Of a DNA stretch of 64,000 nt, positions 21,124-32,929 are shown in pieces (position 1 is the first letter of the stretch; every line of letters starts with the position of its first letter). The stretch comes from Thermoanaerobaculia bacterium (GTDB lineage Bacteria; Acidobacteriota; Thermoanaerobaculia; UBA5066), in assembly GCA_963816185.1 (NCBI GenBank), contig CAWFJJ010000030.1, forward strand, positions 1 through 64,000, written 5' to 3'. The position numbers and the translations under genes were made by a program. A model generated the notes under the pieces. It was not told where the DNA came from and did not search any database. It worked only from the letters and a program-made list of their open reading frames with translations.

Positions 21124-22191
21124 CTAAAACCGGGTGAACCCGGCGAAGCTGTAGATGTCGCCCATCATCTCTTCATATTCGCCCTTGAGCTTCTGGTACA
21201 TGCGGGCGTTTTCCATGGCCAGGGCCGCTTGTTCGGCCAGGGAGGAGATAAAGGTGATCTCATCGTCGGTAAAATCCCGCAATTCGGCGGTATAGATGCG
21301 CATGACGCCAATGACGTTGCCCTTCAGGGTAATGGGCACCGACAGAATGGACTTGATGCCTTCCTCGGAGGATTCCTTGGGGAAGGTGGCCCGGGAATCG
21401 CTGGCGACATCATAAATGGAGACCGCCTTACCCATCATGGCCTCGGCAATGGATTTGTCAGTGGTCACCGTGCCTTTGTTGATGTAACGGTCGCTGAGGC
21501 CGTAGGACGCCACCAGTTCCATCTTCTGGCGTTTTTCATCCAGCAGGCGCACCGCCGCGGCCTTGATATCCAGGGCGGTGACCGCGGTTTTAACCAGCAT
21601 ATGCAGGACCTTCTTGACATCCAGGGTCGAATTCACCGCCTTGGCGACTTCCAGCAAACCCTTAAGAAAATTGAGTTCCCGGACCCGGGCCTCGAAGATG
21701 CGGGCATTGCTGATCAGTTGGGCCCCGAGCTCCGCCACGGCGCTGGCGAAATCCACCTCGTCCATGGTAAATTCGTGCGGTTCGGCGGTGACCAGGCGCA
21801 AGACCCCGTTGACCTTGCCCCGGAACATCATGGGGATGGCCGCCAGGCTGGCGATCCCTTCTGCCTGCGCCTCTTTGGGATACTGCATGCGGGGATCGTT
21901 GGTGGCATCGAAAATGGCCACCGGCCGGCCGGTCAGGGCCTCGGTGACGCTCTTATCCAAGCCCACCGCGCCTTTCTGGAGGTACTTTTCACTCAGGCCC
22001 ACCGCGGCGGCCAATTCCAGGGTGTTGGTTTTCGGGTTGACCAGGCGGATCGTCGCCCCTTTGAGATTCATGGTCTGGGTGATTTCCCGCACAATAGTCT
22101 CCAGTACGTCGTTCACCGCCAGATGAGAACTCAAGGCCTTCGCGATCTCCTGGAAACTATGCAGATACAACCTTTCTTTCGATGACGCCAT
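21124..22191 (-). CDS. Stand-alone tandem GAF-GAF protein
   Basis: Two repeats of ATIRL...GLS..Y..KG...EGI.S...P...G.V.GV.R...F..DE; no output domain. Confidence 0.85.
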   Translation of the reverse strand: MASSKERLYLHSFQEIAKALSSHLAVNDVLETIVREITQTMNLKGATIRLVNPKTNTLELAAAVGLSEKYLQKGAVGLDKSVTEALTGRPVAIFDATNDPRMQYPKEAQAEGIASLAAIPMMFRGKVNGVLRLVTAEPHEFTMDEVDFASAVAELGAQLISNARIFEARVRELNFLKGLLEVAKAVNSTLDVKKVLHMLVKTAVTALDIKAAAVRLLDEKRQKMELVASYGLSDRYINKGTVTTDKSIAEAMMGKAVSIYDVASDSRATFPKESSEEGIKSILSVPITLKGNVIGVMRIYTAELRDFTDDEITFISSLAEQAALAMENARMYQKLKGEYEEMMGDIYSFAGFTRF

Positions 22192-22768
22192 GACCGCCCC
22201 TCCTCCTTTGCAAGCTTTAACGGGTGGGAACTTATCTCTGTGACTGGTTACCGTGGTACTGCCATATTATCAGATACCCTGGCAGAGGAACAGTTCCTTC
22301 AAAAGTTTCCTCTGTCCAGCTAAAATAAGTCTTCTTTCCCCCCGGAGCAATACTTATCTTGCAAAAGCTTGTAGGGGCGGTTCTCGAACCGCCCTGCGTT
22401 ATCCCCGGACTGCCTAAATTCCACTGAAAACCTTGCCGCTCAACCAACATTTGGTGGGGCGGGCGTCTCGCCCGCCATTTTCTTTGGTGGCGCCGGCGTC
22501 TCGCCTGCGCAATAAAATAGGTTGAGAAAATGCTATGTGGCACTGTCCAACCAGGCGAATCGTTTCCTTTTGAGCCTTGGCACCTCTGTGTCTTGAGGTG
22601 GCGTTTGCCAAAAGTTCCTTCCTCTTATCCCCTCTCCCCCCAACGGAGGGAGAGGGTCAGGGTGAGGGGAGCAGAGGCGGTTCACCAGCCGTTCGCAGGC
22701 TTCTGTGCTTGGTCAGATTCTTTTGCAATCTTTTGTTTTTAGACCTAAATTTTTGCTATAGTGAATTT

Positions 22769-24280
22769 ATGGAATTTAAGCCCCTCTATTTCGCCGACAA
22801 ATTGACCATCATCAATCCCCACGGCAGCATCGGGGTGGTCACCCTCTGGTCCAAAGTGGATTACGTCATCGAACGCTTCCGCCAGGCCGGCGTCGACCTA
22901 AACCCCACCACCAGCCCCATCGCCGTCTTTGGCAACCTCTACGGCAACGGCCTGCGGGAGATGCTGCGGAATCTGCTCTATAATCCGCAGATTCAAGTGC
23001 TCTCTGATTTGTGGGAATGATCGGTCGGGGTCGTGCCAAGGAATTAATAAATTTTTTTAAATTGGGTACGGAACCGGTAGATTCAGTCCTTAGTACAATT
23101 ATAACTGAGTCCCCACCAGGCGTACGAAAGGTATCAATTTGCAAGTATAGCAGACACAAATCTCCTCATTGATGAATTGGTTAAACCAGAGAATTCAATT
23201 TTCATGCAAAAGGACATTTGAATGATTAGTGCTAGCCTGAACCTTCGATCCGCAAAAAGATGAAGATTGTTAATGAAATTAGTAAATATTTTTCTTACTT
23301 TAACCCCACAGATAATCAGAACCAGTTAGAAGATCATCTACGAAAGAAAAGGGTACCCCTTACCGGAAGTGGAAGTGCAATACTTCCCCAGCAACCCCCG
23401 AGCCCATCTGGTGGTGCAGGACACCATCCTCGATGCCTGGAAAGAAGTCCTCCATCTCCTCAGCCGCTTCGGCCACCGCGTCACCCTGAAGAAAGGCGAG
23501 CGCCTGGAACTCCAGCACGTCAAGGTGGTGGTGGAAAAGCCCCGATTCGAGGCTAACGATAAACTACAGCGCCGTCAATCTGGACGCTGATCGCCTTCGG
23601 CACTACCAGGAAGAGATTCTTTCGGGCGAAATGCGCCCGGATGAAACCTATAATTACGGCCATCGCCTTCGTAATTACTTCGGCGTAGACACTCTGGTGG
23701 CCTGTGCGGACCGCTTGCGGCGCGACTCGGAGGACCGCAAATCATACGTCACCCTCTGGGACAACACCCGCGACCTTGGCCAGGTGGAAGGCCGTCCCTG
23801 CCTGGTCTCCCTCTATTTTCGCAAGTTCGAAGGAAAATTGACCCTGAGCGCCACCTTCCGCACCCACAACGCCATGGACGCCTATCCCATGAACCTTTAC
23901 GGGCTCATGCCATCCAGAATTGGGTGGCCAAAGAGGCCGGGCTCGCCCCCGGCGCCCTGGTGGTCATCAGCCACTCCCTGGGCCTGGACCCCAAAGAACT
24001 GGACCGGGCCCTGCTGATCATCGGGAAGCGCCCCTTCAAGGTGCGCCTGGACCCCATGGGCTACTTCCGCATCACCCTGGACGGCAAGGACATCCTGGTG
24101 GAGCACCGCTTCGAGGACGTCACCCTGAAAGAATACCGCGCCAGGAAGGCCGCGCGCCTGCAGCACGAAATCGCCCGGGACGTAGCCCTGTCGGACATCA
24201 ACCACGCCATCTACCTGGGCCGCCAGCTGGCCCGGGCCGAGATCGCCCTGCAGGAAGGCCGGGAGTTTGTGCAGGAATAG
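22769..24280 (+). CDS. MtrA-like / thymidylate synthase-like / DUF4346 fusion (frameshifted)
   Basis: GVVTLWS...GNLYGNG...LRNLLYNPQI..ICGND; YNYGHRLR, LWD, RPCL, FRTHN..AYPMN; LDPMGYFRI...HAIYLGRQLARAE. Confidence 0.8.
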
Positions 24281-24299
24281 CTTAATTCATGGCATTGCT

Positions 24300-24370
24300 G
24301 TAGCCGCAGGCTTCAGCCTGCGCTTGAGGCCTCATCCCAAAAACCTCGCAGGCTAAAGCCTGCGGCTACC
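24300..24370. repeat. Inverted pair of GTAGCCGCAGGCTT(C/T)AGCCTGCG REPs
   Basis: Same unit near 43560 and 61553. Confidence 0.75.
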
Positions 24371-24595
24371 AAAGCAAAATAAATGTCGGGTGGGCAGGCA
24401 CTATTTCTTTATTCTAGTGGCACAGGCCTCTGGCCTGTGATCGCAGGCTAAACGTCCATGAACCACCAATGCCCCATCCCCGAAATTGAAAATTCCCCTT
24501 GCTCCCCTTGTTCAAAGCGGGGGTTCAAAGTCCACCTTTGAAAAAGGGGGATTTAGGGGGATTTGGGTCTTCACGCTAACACCTGCGGCTACCAA

Positions 24596-25282
24596 ATGGC
24601 TCAATCCCCCTCCCTCTTCCTCATCGGCACGGTGCACGGCGACCCCCGGGGCTATGCGCGCGCCTTCAAGTTATTGGAGCTTTTTCAGCCGGACCTGATT
24701 ACGGTGGAAATCAGTCGCTTCTCGCTGCGCTACCGGCTGCGCCAGGAGCCGAACTGGCAGCGTCTCTGGCAGCAAGCCCTGGCGGCCTTGCCCGGGGCTG
24801 CGGCCGGCCATCTGGCCCTCCGGCGGCTGGCGGCCCAGGTGGCCCTGCCTTTTGAGGTGCGGGCGGCTCGGGACTACTCCCGGCAGTACGGCATCCCCTG
24901 GCGGCCCCTGGACCTGGGCGGCCCCTCCCGGCGCCATCTGCCCCGCTACGCCCGGGAGCTGATCTCTCCGGAAAACTTCCAGACCTTGCTGACCACCGAG
25001 GATGAGCCCCTGGAAGACTTTGTGGCCCGGGAATACCGGCGGGCCCGGCTAACCTGCGGGCGGCCCGCCTGGCGGCTGCCGGGCCTCGATCCCGAAACCC
25101 GCCGGCGCGAGCGGCTCCAGGTCCGTCGGCTCCGGCATTATCTGAGCCGTTATGACCACGTGGCCCATTTGGGTGGCTGGGAGCACCTGGCGCCCTGGCG
25201 CGACGGCGACGGCCTGTGGGCCGGATTAGTGGATCTTCAACCCCTGCGGTTGTTCCTTGATGAGGCCGATAATATGCTATAG
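24596..25282 (+). CDS. Hypothetical protein, TraB/GumN-like fold
   Basis: LFLIGTVHGD...QPDLITVE...RRRE...HLGGWEHL pattern. Confidence 0.6.
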   Translation: MAQSPSLFLIGTVHGDPRGYARAFKLLELFQPDLITVEISRFSLRYRLRQEPNWQRLWQQALAALPGAAAGHLALRRLAAQVALPFEVRAARDYSRQYGIPWRPLDLGGPSRRHLPRYARELISPENFQTLLTTEDEPLEDFVAREYRRARLTCGRPAWRLPGLDPETRRRERLQVRRLRHYLSRYDHVAHLGGWEHLAPWRDGDGLWAGLVDLQPLRLFLDEADNML

Positions 25283-25458
25283 ACCGGAGACGGGAGACGG
25301 AGGACGGGAGTAAGATTATTTTTCCGATCCCCAAATTCATCTTCTTCCTCCGGTCTCCCGTCCCCGGTCCCCCGTCCTTTAGCTGACCGCTCAAAGCCAT
25401 TAGACACCGGGAAAAATTCGTGCTAAGTTAAGGCGTTATTATTTCCTGGAAGGATATC

Positions 25459-26127
25459 ATGGAGCTCAGACCTATAAAACTGCCCATCGGCGGCGACCGG
25501 ACCATCCGGGCCGTCTTGGGCGTGCCCCGCACCACCACCATGGCCGCCATCCTGGTGCTGGCCCACGGGGCCAACAACGATATGGATTACCCCCTGATCG
25601 CCGGGTTGCACGATAAATTGGCCCGGCAGGGTCTGGTCACGGTGCGCTTCAATTTTCCCTACTCCGAAGCGGGGCGCAAACGGCCCGACCCGGACGCCAC
25701 CCTGGAGGGCATCTATCGTCTGGTCCTGGAGTACGTGGCCGAACTGGACGAATTCAAGGGGCTGGCGCTCTACCTGGGGGGCAAGTCCATGGGGGCCCGC
25801 CTGGCGGCCCAACTGGTGGCCCGGGAGGTGGGGGCCAGCGGCCTGGTCTTTTTGGGTTACCCCCTGCACCCGCCCGGGCGGCCGGAGCAGTTGCGGGATC
25901 AGCCGCTCTACCTGCTGCCCTGCCCCAGCCTGTTCATCGAAGGGGCCCGGGACCCTTTCTGCCGCCTTGACCTGCTGGGGCCGGTCCTGGGCAAGATGCC
26001 GGTGCGCACCGATCTCCACCTGATTCCGGGCGCGGGCCACTCCTTTGAGTCAAATCACGGCAGCGTGGCCCCGGAATTGCTGGACGAAATCTGCCGGGTG
26101 ATCCTGGGCTGGCTGGATAGTTTGTAA
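25459..26127 (+). CDS. Alpha/beta hydrolase (KANL3/Tex30-like)
   Basis: LAHGA, RFNFPY, GGKSMG, LGYPLHPPG, G.RD, GAGH. Confidence 0.88.
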   Translation: MELRPIKLPIGGDRTIRAVLGVPRTTTMAAILVLAHGANNDMDYPLIAGLHDKLARQGLVTVRFNFPYSEAGRKRPDPDATLEGIYRLVLEYVAELDEFKGLALYLGGKSMGARLAAQLVAREVGASGLVFLGYPLHPPGRPEQLRDQPLYLLPCPSLFIEGARDPFCRLDLLGPVLGKMPVRTDLHLIPGAGHSFESNHGSVAPELLDEICRVILGWLDSL

Positions 26128-26303
26128 AGCAGTAGTCAGGGGCCGGTAGCCAGTTTTTCTTCTGGCAGACTGAGATTGGCAACTGGCTTCTGTTTTGAAA
26201 TAATTTGGGGCGTGCCTTGCCCGCATTTACTATGCACAGGGTGTGCACCCTGCTGAGAAAATCTTTAACTGGCCACTGACCACTGGCCACTGGCAACTGA
26301 ACT

Positions 26304-27677
<1,374 letters not shown>

Positions 27678-27925
27678 TGGTCAGTGTAGGGTGGGCATTG
27701 GCCAGTAAAAAAATAGATTAGGGAAATTATGCCTCTCGCACAAGGTAGAGGGTTCTGGTGACGGTGCATAACGATATTTATCAATCTTTGTCATTGTCGC
27801 ACAGCGCGTCTCGCCTGTGCTCAAACTGGCTTCGAATCATCCCAAACTAGCCCCACTATATTCACCGCAGGGCCGTGCCACTAAGGCTCGCCCCAAAGAG
27901 AATTTCAAGGGGGACCAGAAGGAAA

Positions 27926-28801
27926 ATGACTGCCTCGTTTCTGGATTTAAAGCCGTTTCCGGTCAAGGAAGCCGAAGCCGTGATCCTGCCCGTCCCTTAC
28001 GAAGCCACCGTGTCCTACGGCGGCGGCACTAAAGATGGCCCGGAGGCCATCTTGGCGGCTTCCCGGCAGGTCGAGCTCTGGGACGAGCAGTATGACTGGG
28101 ACCCCAGCCAGGCCATTAAGCTGGCCACCGCCCTGCCGGTCTTCCCGGAGGTCTCGGGTCCCCAGGCCATGCTGGACAAGCTCCGCCGCCTGGTGCAACC
28201 CTGGATTTCCCAGGGCAAATTCATCGCCGCCCTGGGGGGCGAACACACCATCACCACGGCCCTGGTCCAGGCGGCCCAGACCCGCTATCCGGATATGTCG
28301 ATGGTGGCCCTGGACGCCCACGCCGACCTGCGGGACAGCTACGACGGCAGCAAGTTCTCCCACGCCTGCGTTCTGCGCCGCCTCTACGAACTGGGCCGGC
28401 CCCTGACGCTCCTGGGCACCCGCGCCTATTCCCAGGACGAGTACAACCTGATGCGGGTGGCGCCGCGCTTCAAAATGTTCAAGGCGACCGAACTCCACAC
28501 CCCGGAAGGCTGGCAGGCGGCTCTCGACCACCTCCAGGCCATCCCGGGCCCGGTCTATCTCTCCATCGACCTGGACGCCCTGGACCCGAGCCTCATGCCC
28601 GGCGTCGGCACCCCGGAACCCGGCGGCCTCACCTATTACCAGGCCCTCACCCTCATCGAGACCCTGACCCAACGCGGCCCCATCATCGGCCTCGACCTGG
28701 TGGAACTGGCCCCCATCCCGGGCCAGCACACGAGCGAATTCACCGCGGCCCGGCTGTTATACAAGGCGTTAGGTTATATTTATCACAACCGGATGAAGTG
28801 A
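27926..28801 (+). CDS. speB: Agmatinase
   Basis: GGEH, DAHADLR, SIDLDALDP, GTPEPGG. Confidence 0.92.
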   Translation: MTASFLDLKPFPVKEAEAVILPVPYEATVSYGGGTKDGPEAILAASRQVELWDEQYDWDPSQAIKLATALPVFPEVSGPQAMLDKLRRLVQPWISQGKFIAALGGEHTITTALVQAAQTRYPDMSMVALDAHADLRDSYDGSKFSHACVLRRLYELGRPLTLLGTRAYSQDEYNLMRVAPRFKMFKATELHTPEGWQAALDHLQAIPGPVYLSIDLDALDPSLMPGVGTPEPGGLTYYQALTLIETLTQRGPIIGLDLVELAPIPGQHTSEFTAARLLYKALGYIYHNRMK

Positions 28802-28891
28802 TTGTCTTTCTCGTTCCCAAGTTTGTGAACTTGGGAACGCAATTATGGCCCAAGCTGCGCTTGGGCGAACTGATAGAGCAGGCTTCCTAAA

Positions 28892-29972
28892 ATGAAACGC
28901 AAACACCAAGACTTTCACGACGGCGCCCAAGGACGGCCTGACGCCCCTGGCCCCCCTGGACCTCAATAAGATTGAGGATTTCGACCAGCTCCTTCAGGCC
29001 ATGGGGCAGACCGCCTTCGGCGGCCGCAATCTGGGCGAGGCCGCCGACGTCCTGGAGGCCATGCTGCGGGACCCCGACTGCACCGTGATCGGCACCTTTT
29101 CCGGGGCCATGAGCGTCGCCAAGATGGGTCTGCTCATCTGCGAGATGATCGATCGCGGCTGGCTCCAGGCGGTGATCACCACCGGGGCCCTGGTGGCCCA
29201 CGGCTTCATCGAGACCCTGGGCCGGGCGCATTACAAGTATCCCGAAAACGTTTCCGACCGGGTGTTGTTTCAGCAGGGTTATAACCGCATCTACGACACC
29301 CTGGAGATGGAAAGCAACCTGGATTATGCCGAAGACGTCTTCCGGTCGGTGCTGGAGAAGCTGGATCAGGACCAGGTCTGGTCCTCCGCCGGCCTCTGCC
29401 GGGAATTGGGCAAATACCTGGCGGAGCACACCGACGCCCCGGGCCTCTTGCGCAACGCCTATCTCAAGGGGGTGCCGGTCTACATCCCGGCCTTCACCGA
29501 TTCGGAACTGGGGCTGGACCTGGCAGGCTACATGGTGCGCCGGGCCCTGACGGCCGGGCAGAAGTTTCCCGAAGCCCTGGGGGCATTGTCGTTAAAATTC
29601 AATCCTTTTGTGGACCTGGGGGCCTATGCCCAGCAGGCCCTGGCCGCCAAAAAGTTGGGCATCTTCACCATCGGCGGCGGGGTGCCCCGCAACTGGGCCC
29701 AGCAGGTGGCGCCGTACCTGGAATTGCTCAGCACCCGTTTGGGGGTCGAGTTGCCGGAAGTACGCTTTCAGTATGGCGTGCGGATCTGCCCGGAGCCGGC
29801 CCATTGGGGCGGCTTGAGCGGCTGTACTTATCGGGAAGGGGTTTCCTGGGGGAAATTCGCCGCGCCGGAGGATGGCGGGCGCTTCGCCGAGGTCTTGTGC
29901 GACGCCACCATCGCCTGGCCGCTCCTCCTCAAAGGCGTCAGCCAACGCCTGGAGAAGCAGCCGGCGATTTAG
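28892..29972 (+). CDS. Deoxyhypusine synthase-like / homospermidine synthase (frameshift near start)
   Basis: TAFGGR, ITTGA, YNRIYD, PAFTDS, IGGGVPRN, GGLSGCT..EGVSWGK, DATIAWP. Confidence 0.88.
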
Positions 29973-29991
29973 GATCAGCCTAAAAAAAATC

Positions 29992-30123
29992 TCAGCCGGT
30001 TCCGAATCTCAAGAAGGCCATGCCGGCCAGGAGGGCGAGCGAGGCCAGTATGGTCAACAGGGCATATTCCGCTACCCTGGTCCGAAAGTCATCCGGCGGT
30101 GGTTTTCTGTTTTTCTTACTCAT
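29992..30123 (-). CDS. 43-aa Flp-pilin-like small membrane peptide (below the ORF-track cutoff)
   Basis: MSKKNRKPPPDDFRTRVAEYALLTILASLALLAGMAFLRFGTG; EYALL followed by a hydrophobic helix. Confidence 0.5.
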   Translation of the reverse strand: MSKKNRKPPPDDFRTRVAEYALLTILASLALLAGMAFLRFGTG

Positions 30124-30306
30124 CTCCAGCTTGCCTGCTTAACTGGATTGTGCCAAATTTCCCAGCCGATTTCCGCTCAGCCGGACAGTAATTAGTTCTT
30201 TACATCTTATTTAATAAGGCAAGTGATTACCGGCTGTAAATCAGGCGATTCCTGAATTTTATCGGGGGAATCCCTCGTTTTTGGCTGGAGAAAGTCGAAA
30301 CGGGGA

Positions 30307-30984
30307 TTAATCCAGCAGAGTTAGTTTAGACGGGTCCAGCGCTTCCGGGGGGCCGGGCGGCAGGCCGCAGGCGGCGCAGGTGCAGAGTTTCCCTTCCTTG
30401 ACGGCCCGGCGTCCTTCTTTGACCAGGAAGACTGCGATGAGCAGGCCGATCACCGGGTCCGCCTGCCAGAGGCCGCCAAAGTAGTTGAGTCCCAGGCCGA
30501 TGAGCAGGGCCACCGATAACAGGCCGCAGGCCAGGGTCTGCTTGGAGTCGGCCTTCAGGCTGACGCTCCCCAATGACTTGCCGGTGCGTAATTTAACGAG
30601 ATATAACGCCGGCATGACCAGGCTGGAAGCCAGGGCCACGCCGAGGCCCAGTAGACTGGGCGCGGGGATTTCGGCATAGAGCAATTTTTCGGCCGACTCA
30701 TAGAAGATATAGGCGGCCAGGCAGAAGAAGGTGTAGCCGATGATCTTGACGGCCCGGCGTTCCAGCCGGGCTTCTGCGGCCTCGGACAGGTCCCGGTGCG
30801 GGTAGAACCGCCAGATCATCACCCCGCCGGAGAGGCACTCCAGCAGGCTGTCCAGGCCGAAGCCCACCAGGGCGATACTGCCGGAAAGATACCCGGCCAG
30901 CAGCGCCAGCAGGCATTCCACCACGTTATAGCCCACGGTGAAGTAGGAGAGGAGCAGGGCCTGGCGTTTTAGAATTTTGGTCAT
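30307..30984 (-). CDS. Cation transporter (CDF/TMEM163-like)
   Basis: YNVVE, SIALVGFGLDS, ADSKQT, WQADP; Cys-containing tail. Confidence 0.85.
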   Translation of the reverse strand: MTKILKRQALLLSYFTVGYNVVECLLALLAGYLSGSIALVGFGLDSLLECLSGGVMIWRFYPHRDLSEAAEARLERRAVKIIGYTFFCLAAYIFYESAEKLLYAEIPAPSLLGLGVALASSLVMPALYLVKLRTGKSLGSVSLKADSKQTLACGLLSVALLIGLGLNYFGGLWQADPVIGLLIAVFLVKEGRRAVKEGKLCTCAACGLPPGPPEALDPSKLTLLD

Positions 30985-30986
30985 AA

Positions 30987-31856
30987 TTATGTAGGGGCGG
31001 TTCTCAGCAACCGCAAGACCGGAGACCGGGGACACGGCGCACCGGGGCAATGACCTGGGACCGGAGCCGTGTCCTCATTTCTGCCGGTCTCGCCGTCCTC
31101 CGTCTTCCGCTCGATAAATAAAGATTTCAATCTCTCAAAATAATCCCTGCCCCCCACCAGATAGGTGTCGTTATGGTGCGCCCCGGGGATGATATAGAGT
31201 TCCTTGGGGTCCCGGGCCGCGGCGAACAGGCGCCGGCCCATCTCCACCGGGATGATCTCGTCCTGGTCGCCGTGAATAATGAGCAGCGGCGCCTTCAGTT
31301 TAGCAATTTTCCCCAGGTTGTCATAGGGTATGCTGGGCCGCCAGTCGAACCTGAAGGGCGCGAAGAGTTTGGCCATGTCCGAGGAATTGGTGAAGGCCGA
31401 CTCGATGATCAAAGAGCGGCAAGGAACCCGGACCGCCAGGTCCGTGGCCAGGGCGCTGCCCAGGGAGCGGCCGAAAAGGACGATCTCATCGGCGGGCATC
31501 TGCCGGGTCTCCGCCACGTAACGGTAAGCCGCGGCCGCATCCTTAAAAGTCCCTTCCCGGCTGATCCGGCCCTCGGATTTGCCGTATTCCCGGTAATCGA
31601 AGATGAAGACCTGAACCTCGGCCAGGTCGTGCAGCAGCTTGAGGTTTTCCAGGCGATGGCTGATGTTGCCGGCGTTGCCGTGAAACCACAGCAAGACCGG
31701 GGCGGAGGCCCTGGGCACCCACCAGCCGTGCAGCCGCACCCCGTCTGCGGCCGTGCACCAGACCTCCTCAAACTCCAGGCCATAATCACCCGGGGTGCCG
31801 ACCAGGTCAGGATCGGGGAAAAAGACGATGCCCTTTTCGGAAAATTCCAGGATCAT
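30987..31856 (-). CDS. Alpha/beta hydrolase (ABHD13/Bem46-like)
   Basis: FHGNAGN, DYREYG, GRSLG, IHGDQD, GAHHND; 3' end runs into repeats. Confidence 0.88.
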   Translation of the reverse strand: MILEFSEKGIVFFPDPDLVGTPGDYGLEFEEVWCTAADGVRLHGWWVPRASAPVLLWFHGNAGNISHRLENLKLLHDLAEVQVFIFDYREYGKSEGRISREGTFKDAAAAYRYVAETRQMPADEIVLFGRSLGSALATDLAVRVPCRSLIIESAFTNSSDMAKLFAPFRFDWRPSIPYDNLGKIAKLKAPLLIIHGDQDEIIPVEMGRRLFAAARDPKELYIIPGAHHNDTYLVGGRDYFERLKSLFIERKTEDGETGRNEDTAPVPGHCPGAPCPRSPVLRLLRTAPT

Positions 31857-31894
31857 AAACAGCTTAGGTTTGAGGCTGGATGATTAATCAAGTA

Positions 31895-32656
31895 TCAAAA
31901 TATTGGGCCTTCGGATTTATAAAAAGCGGATAAGAAATAAACCATCTCCATGGGCAACCCTTGCGAGTCTATTTCGGGTTGCTGCGGGATGCAAGAGAGA
32001 TTATCAAAGCCGATTTTGGCGGTGATCGCCGCGCCCAGAGCGTCCAAGATATCGTCTTTCTTAACTTCCTTCTGAGAATAATTCACTGACTCTACAATAG
32101 TTTTCGCGGGTGGATAAATAGACTGGAGTATCTCGAGGCGCTCCTGGTAACCAGTTGCCTGCCGCTTGGGATGGTGCAGCGGCCGGCAACGATTCAAGCT
32201 CCAGAAGCAAAGCTCGGGATGAATTTCCCTGACAGAATTCCTGGCCTCCGGGTTGCTTGCCAGGAATTCATCCACTTCACGAATTTTGCCGACGATATTC
32301 CAGGTCGCCTTAAATATCCGCGTGCCGGTTAATTCTTCATTTTTGGCGATGGCTTGGTCATAGGACTCAGCATAAACCGCGGGCCGGCAAGGAACCCGGA
32401 AGACGGCGGACCTGCGGGGCCCGATCAATTTCCGGGCCTCCTTGTCGCAGCGCCTTTCTTGACGCTCCATAGAACCTTTGGTGCGGCTGCCTTCCCTCAA
32501 GCCGATGGGGATGTCCACCAGAATCAAGGCCGCGGCGGCGTGCTTCTCCCACAGTTGGGAGAAGCTTCTGAATAAATTTACCTCCCAATCGTCGAACAGG
32601 GATAGTTTTACTGCCAGCCAACCTCCCTTGCAGCCATCGACGCCCAAGAAGTCCAT
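31895..32656 (-). CDS. DUF429 (RNase H-like) protein
   Basis: GVDGCKGGW, VDIPIGL, RRCD, EIHPE, DDILDA. Confidence 0.85.
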   Translation of the reverse strand: MDFLGVDGCKGGWLAVKLSLFDDWEVNLFRSFSQLWEKHAAAALILVDIPIGLREGSRTKGSMERQERRCDKEARKLIGPRRSAVFRVPCRPAVYAESYDQAIAKNEELTGTRIFKATWNIVGKIREVDEFLASNPEARNSVREIHPELCFWSLNRCRPLHHPKRQATGYQERLEILQSIYPPAKTIVESVNYSQKEVKKDDILDALGAAITAKIGFDNLSCIPQQPEIDSQGLPMEMVYFLSAFYKSEGPIF

Positions 32657-32929
32657 CAATCTTAGCCTTTAATATGCAGTGAGCAGTGATGAGAAAAGAC
32701 TTAGAAGGCTTGGGACCAGATGTCAAGCAAAATTAAGCCGATTGGCATACTTGCGGCTGGGTTGGCGGATGCTGCACCAGGGATGGGGCCAGCAGCCTTG
32801 GCCAATGGCCCCTATATGTCAATGGGCCGCAGGCCAACCGGGTTAAAGGGAAACCCCTGCCCGCGACCACCTCTGCCTCGACGGACTCAAAAATATCCCT
32901 ATGATGAACCACGTCCCCCGTTAATTCGC

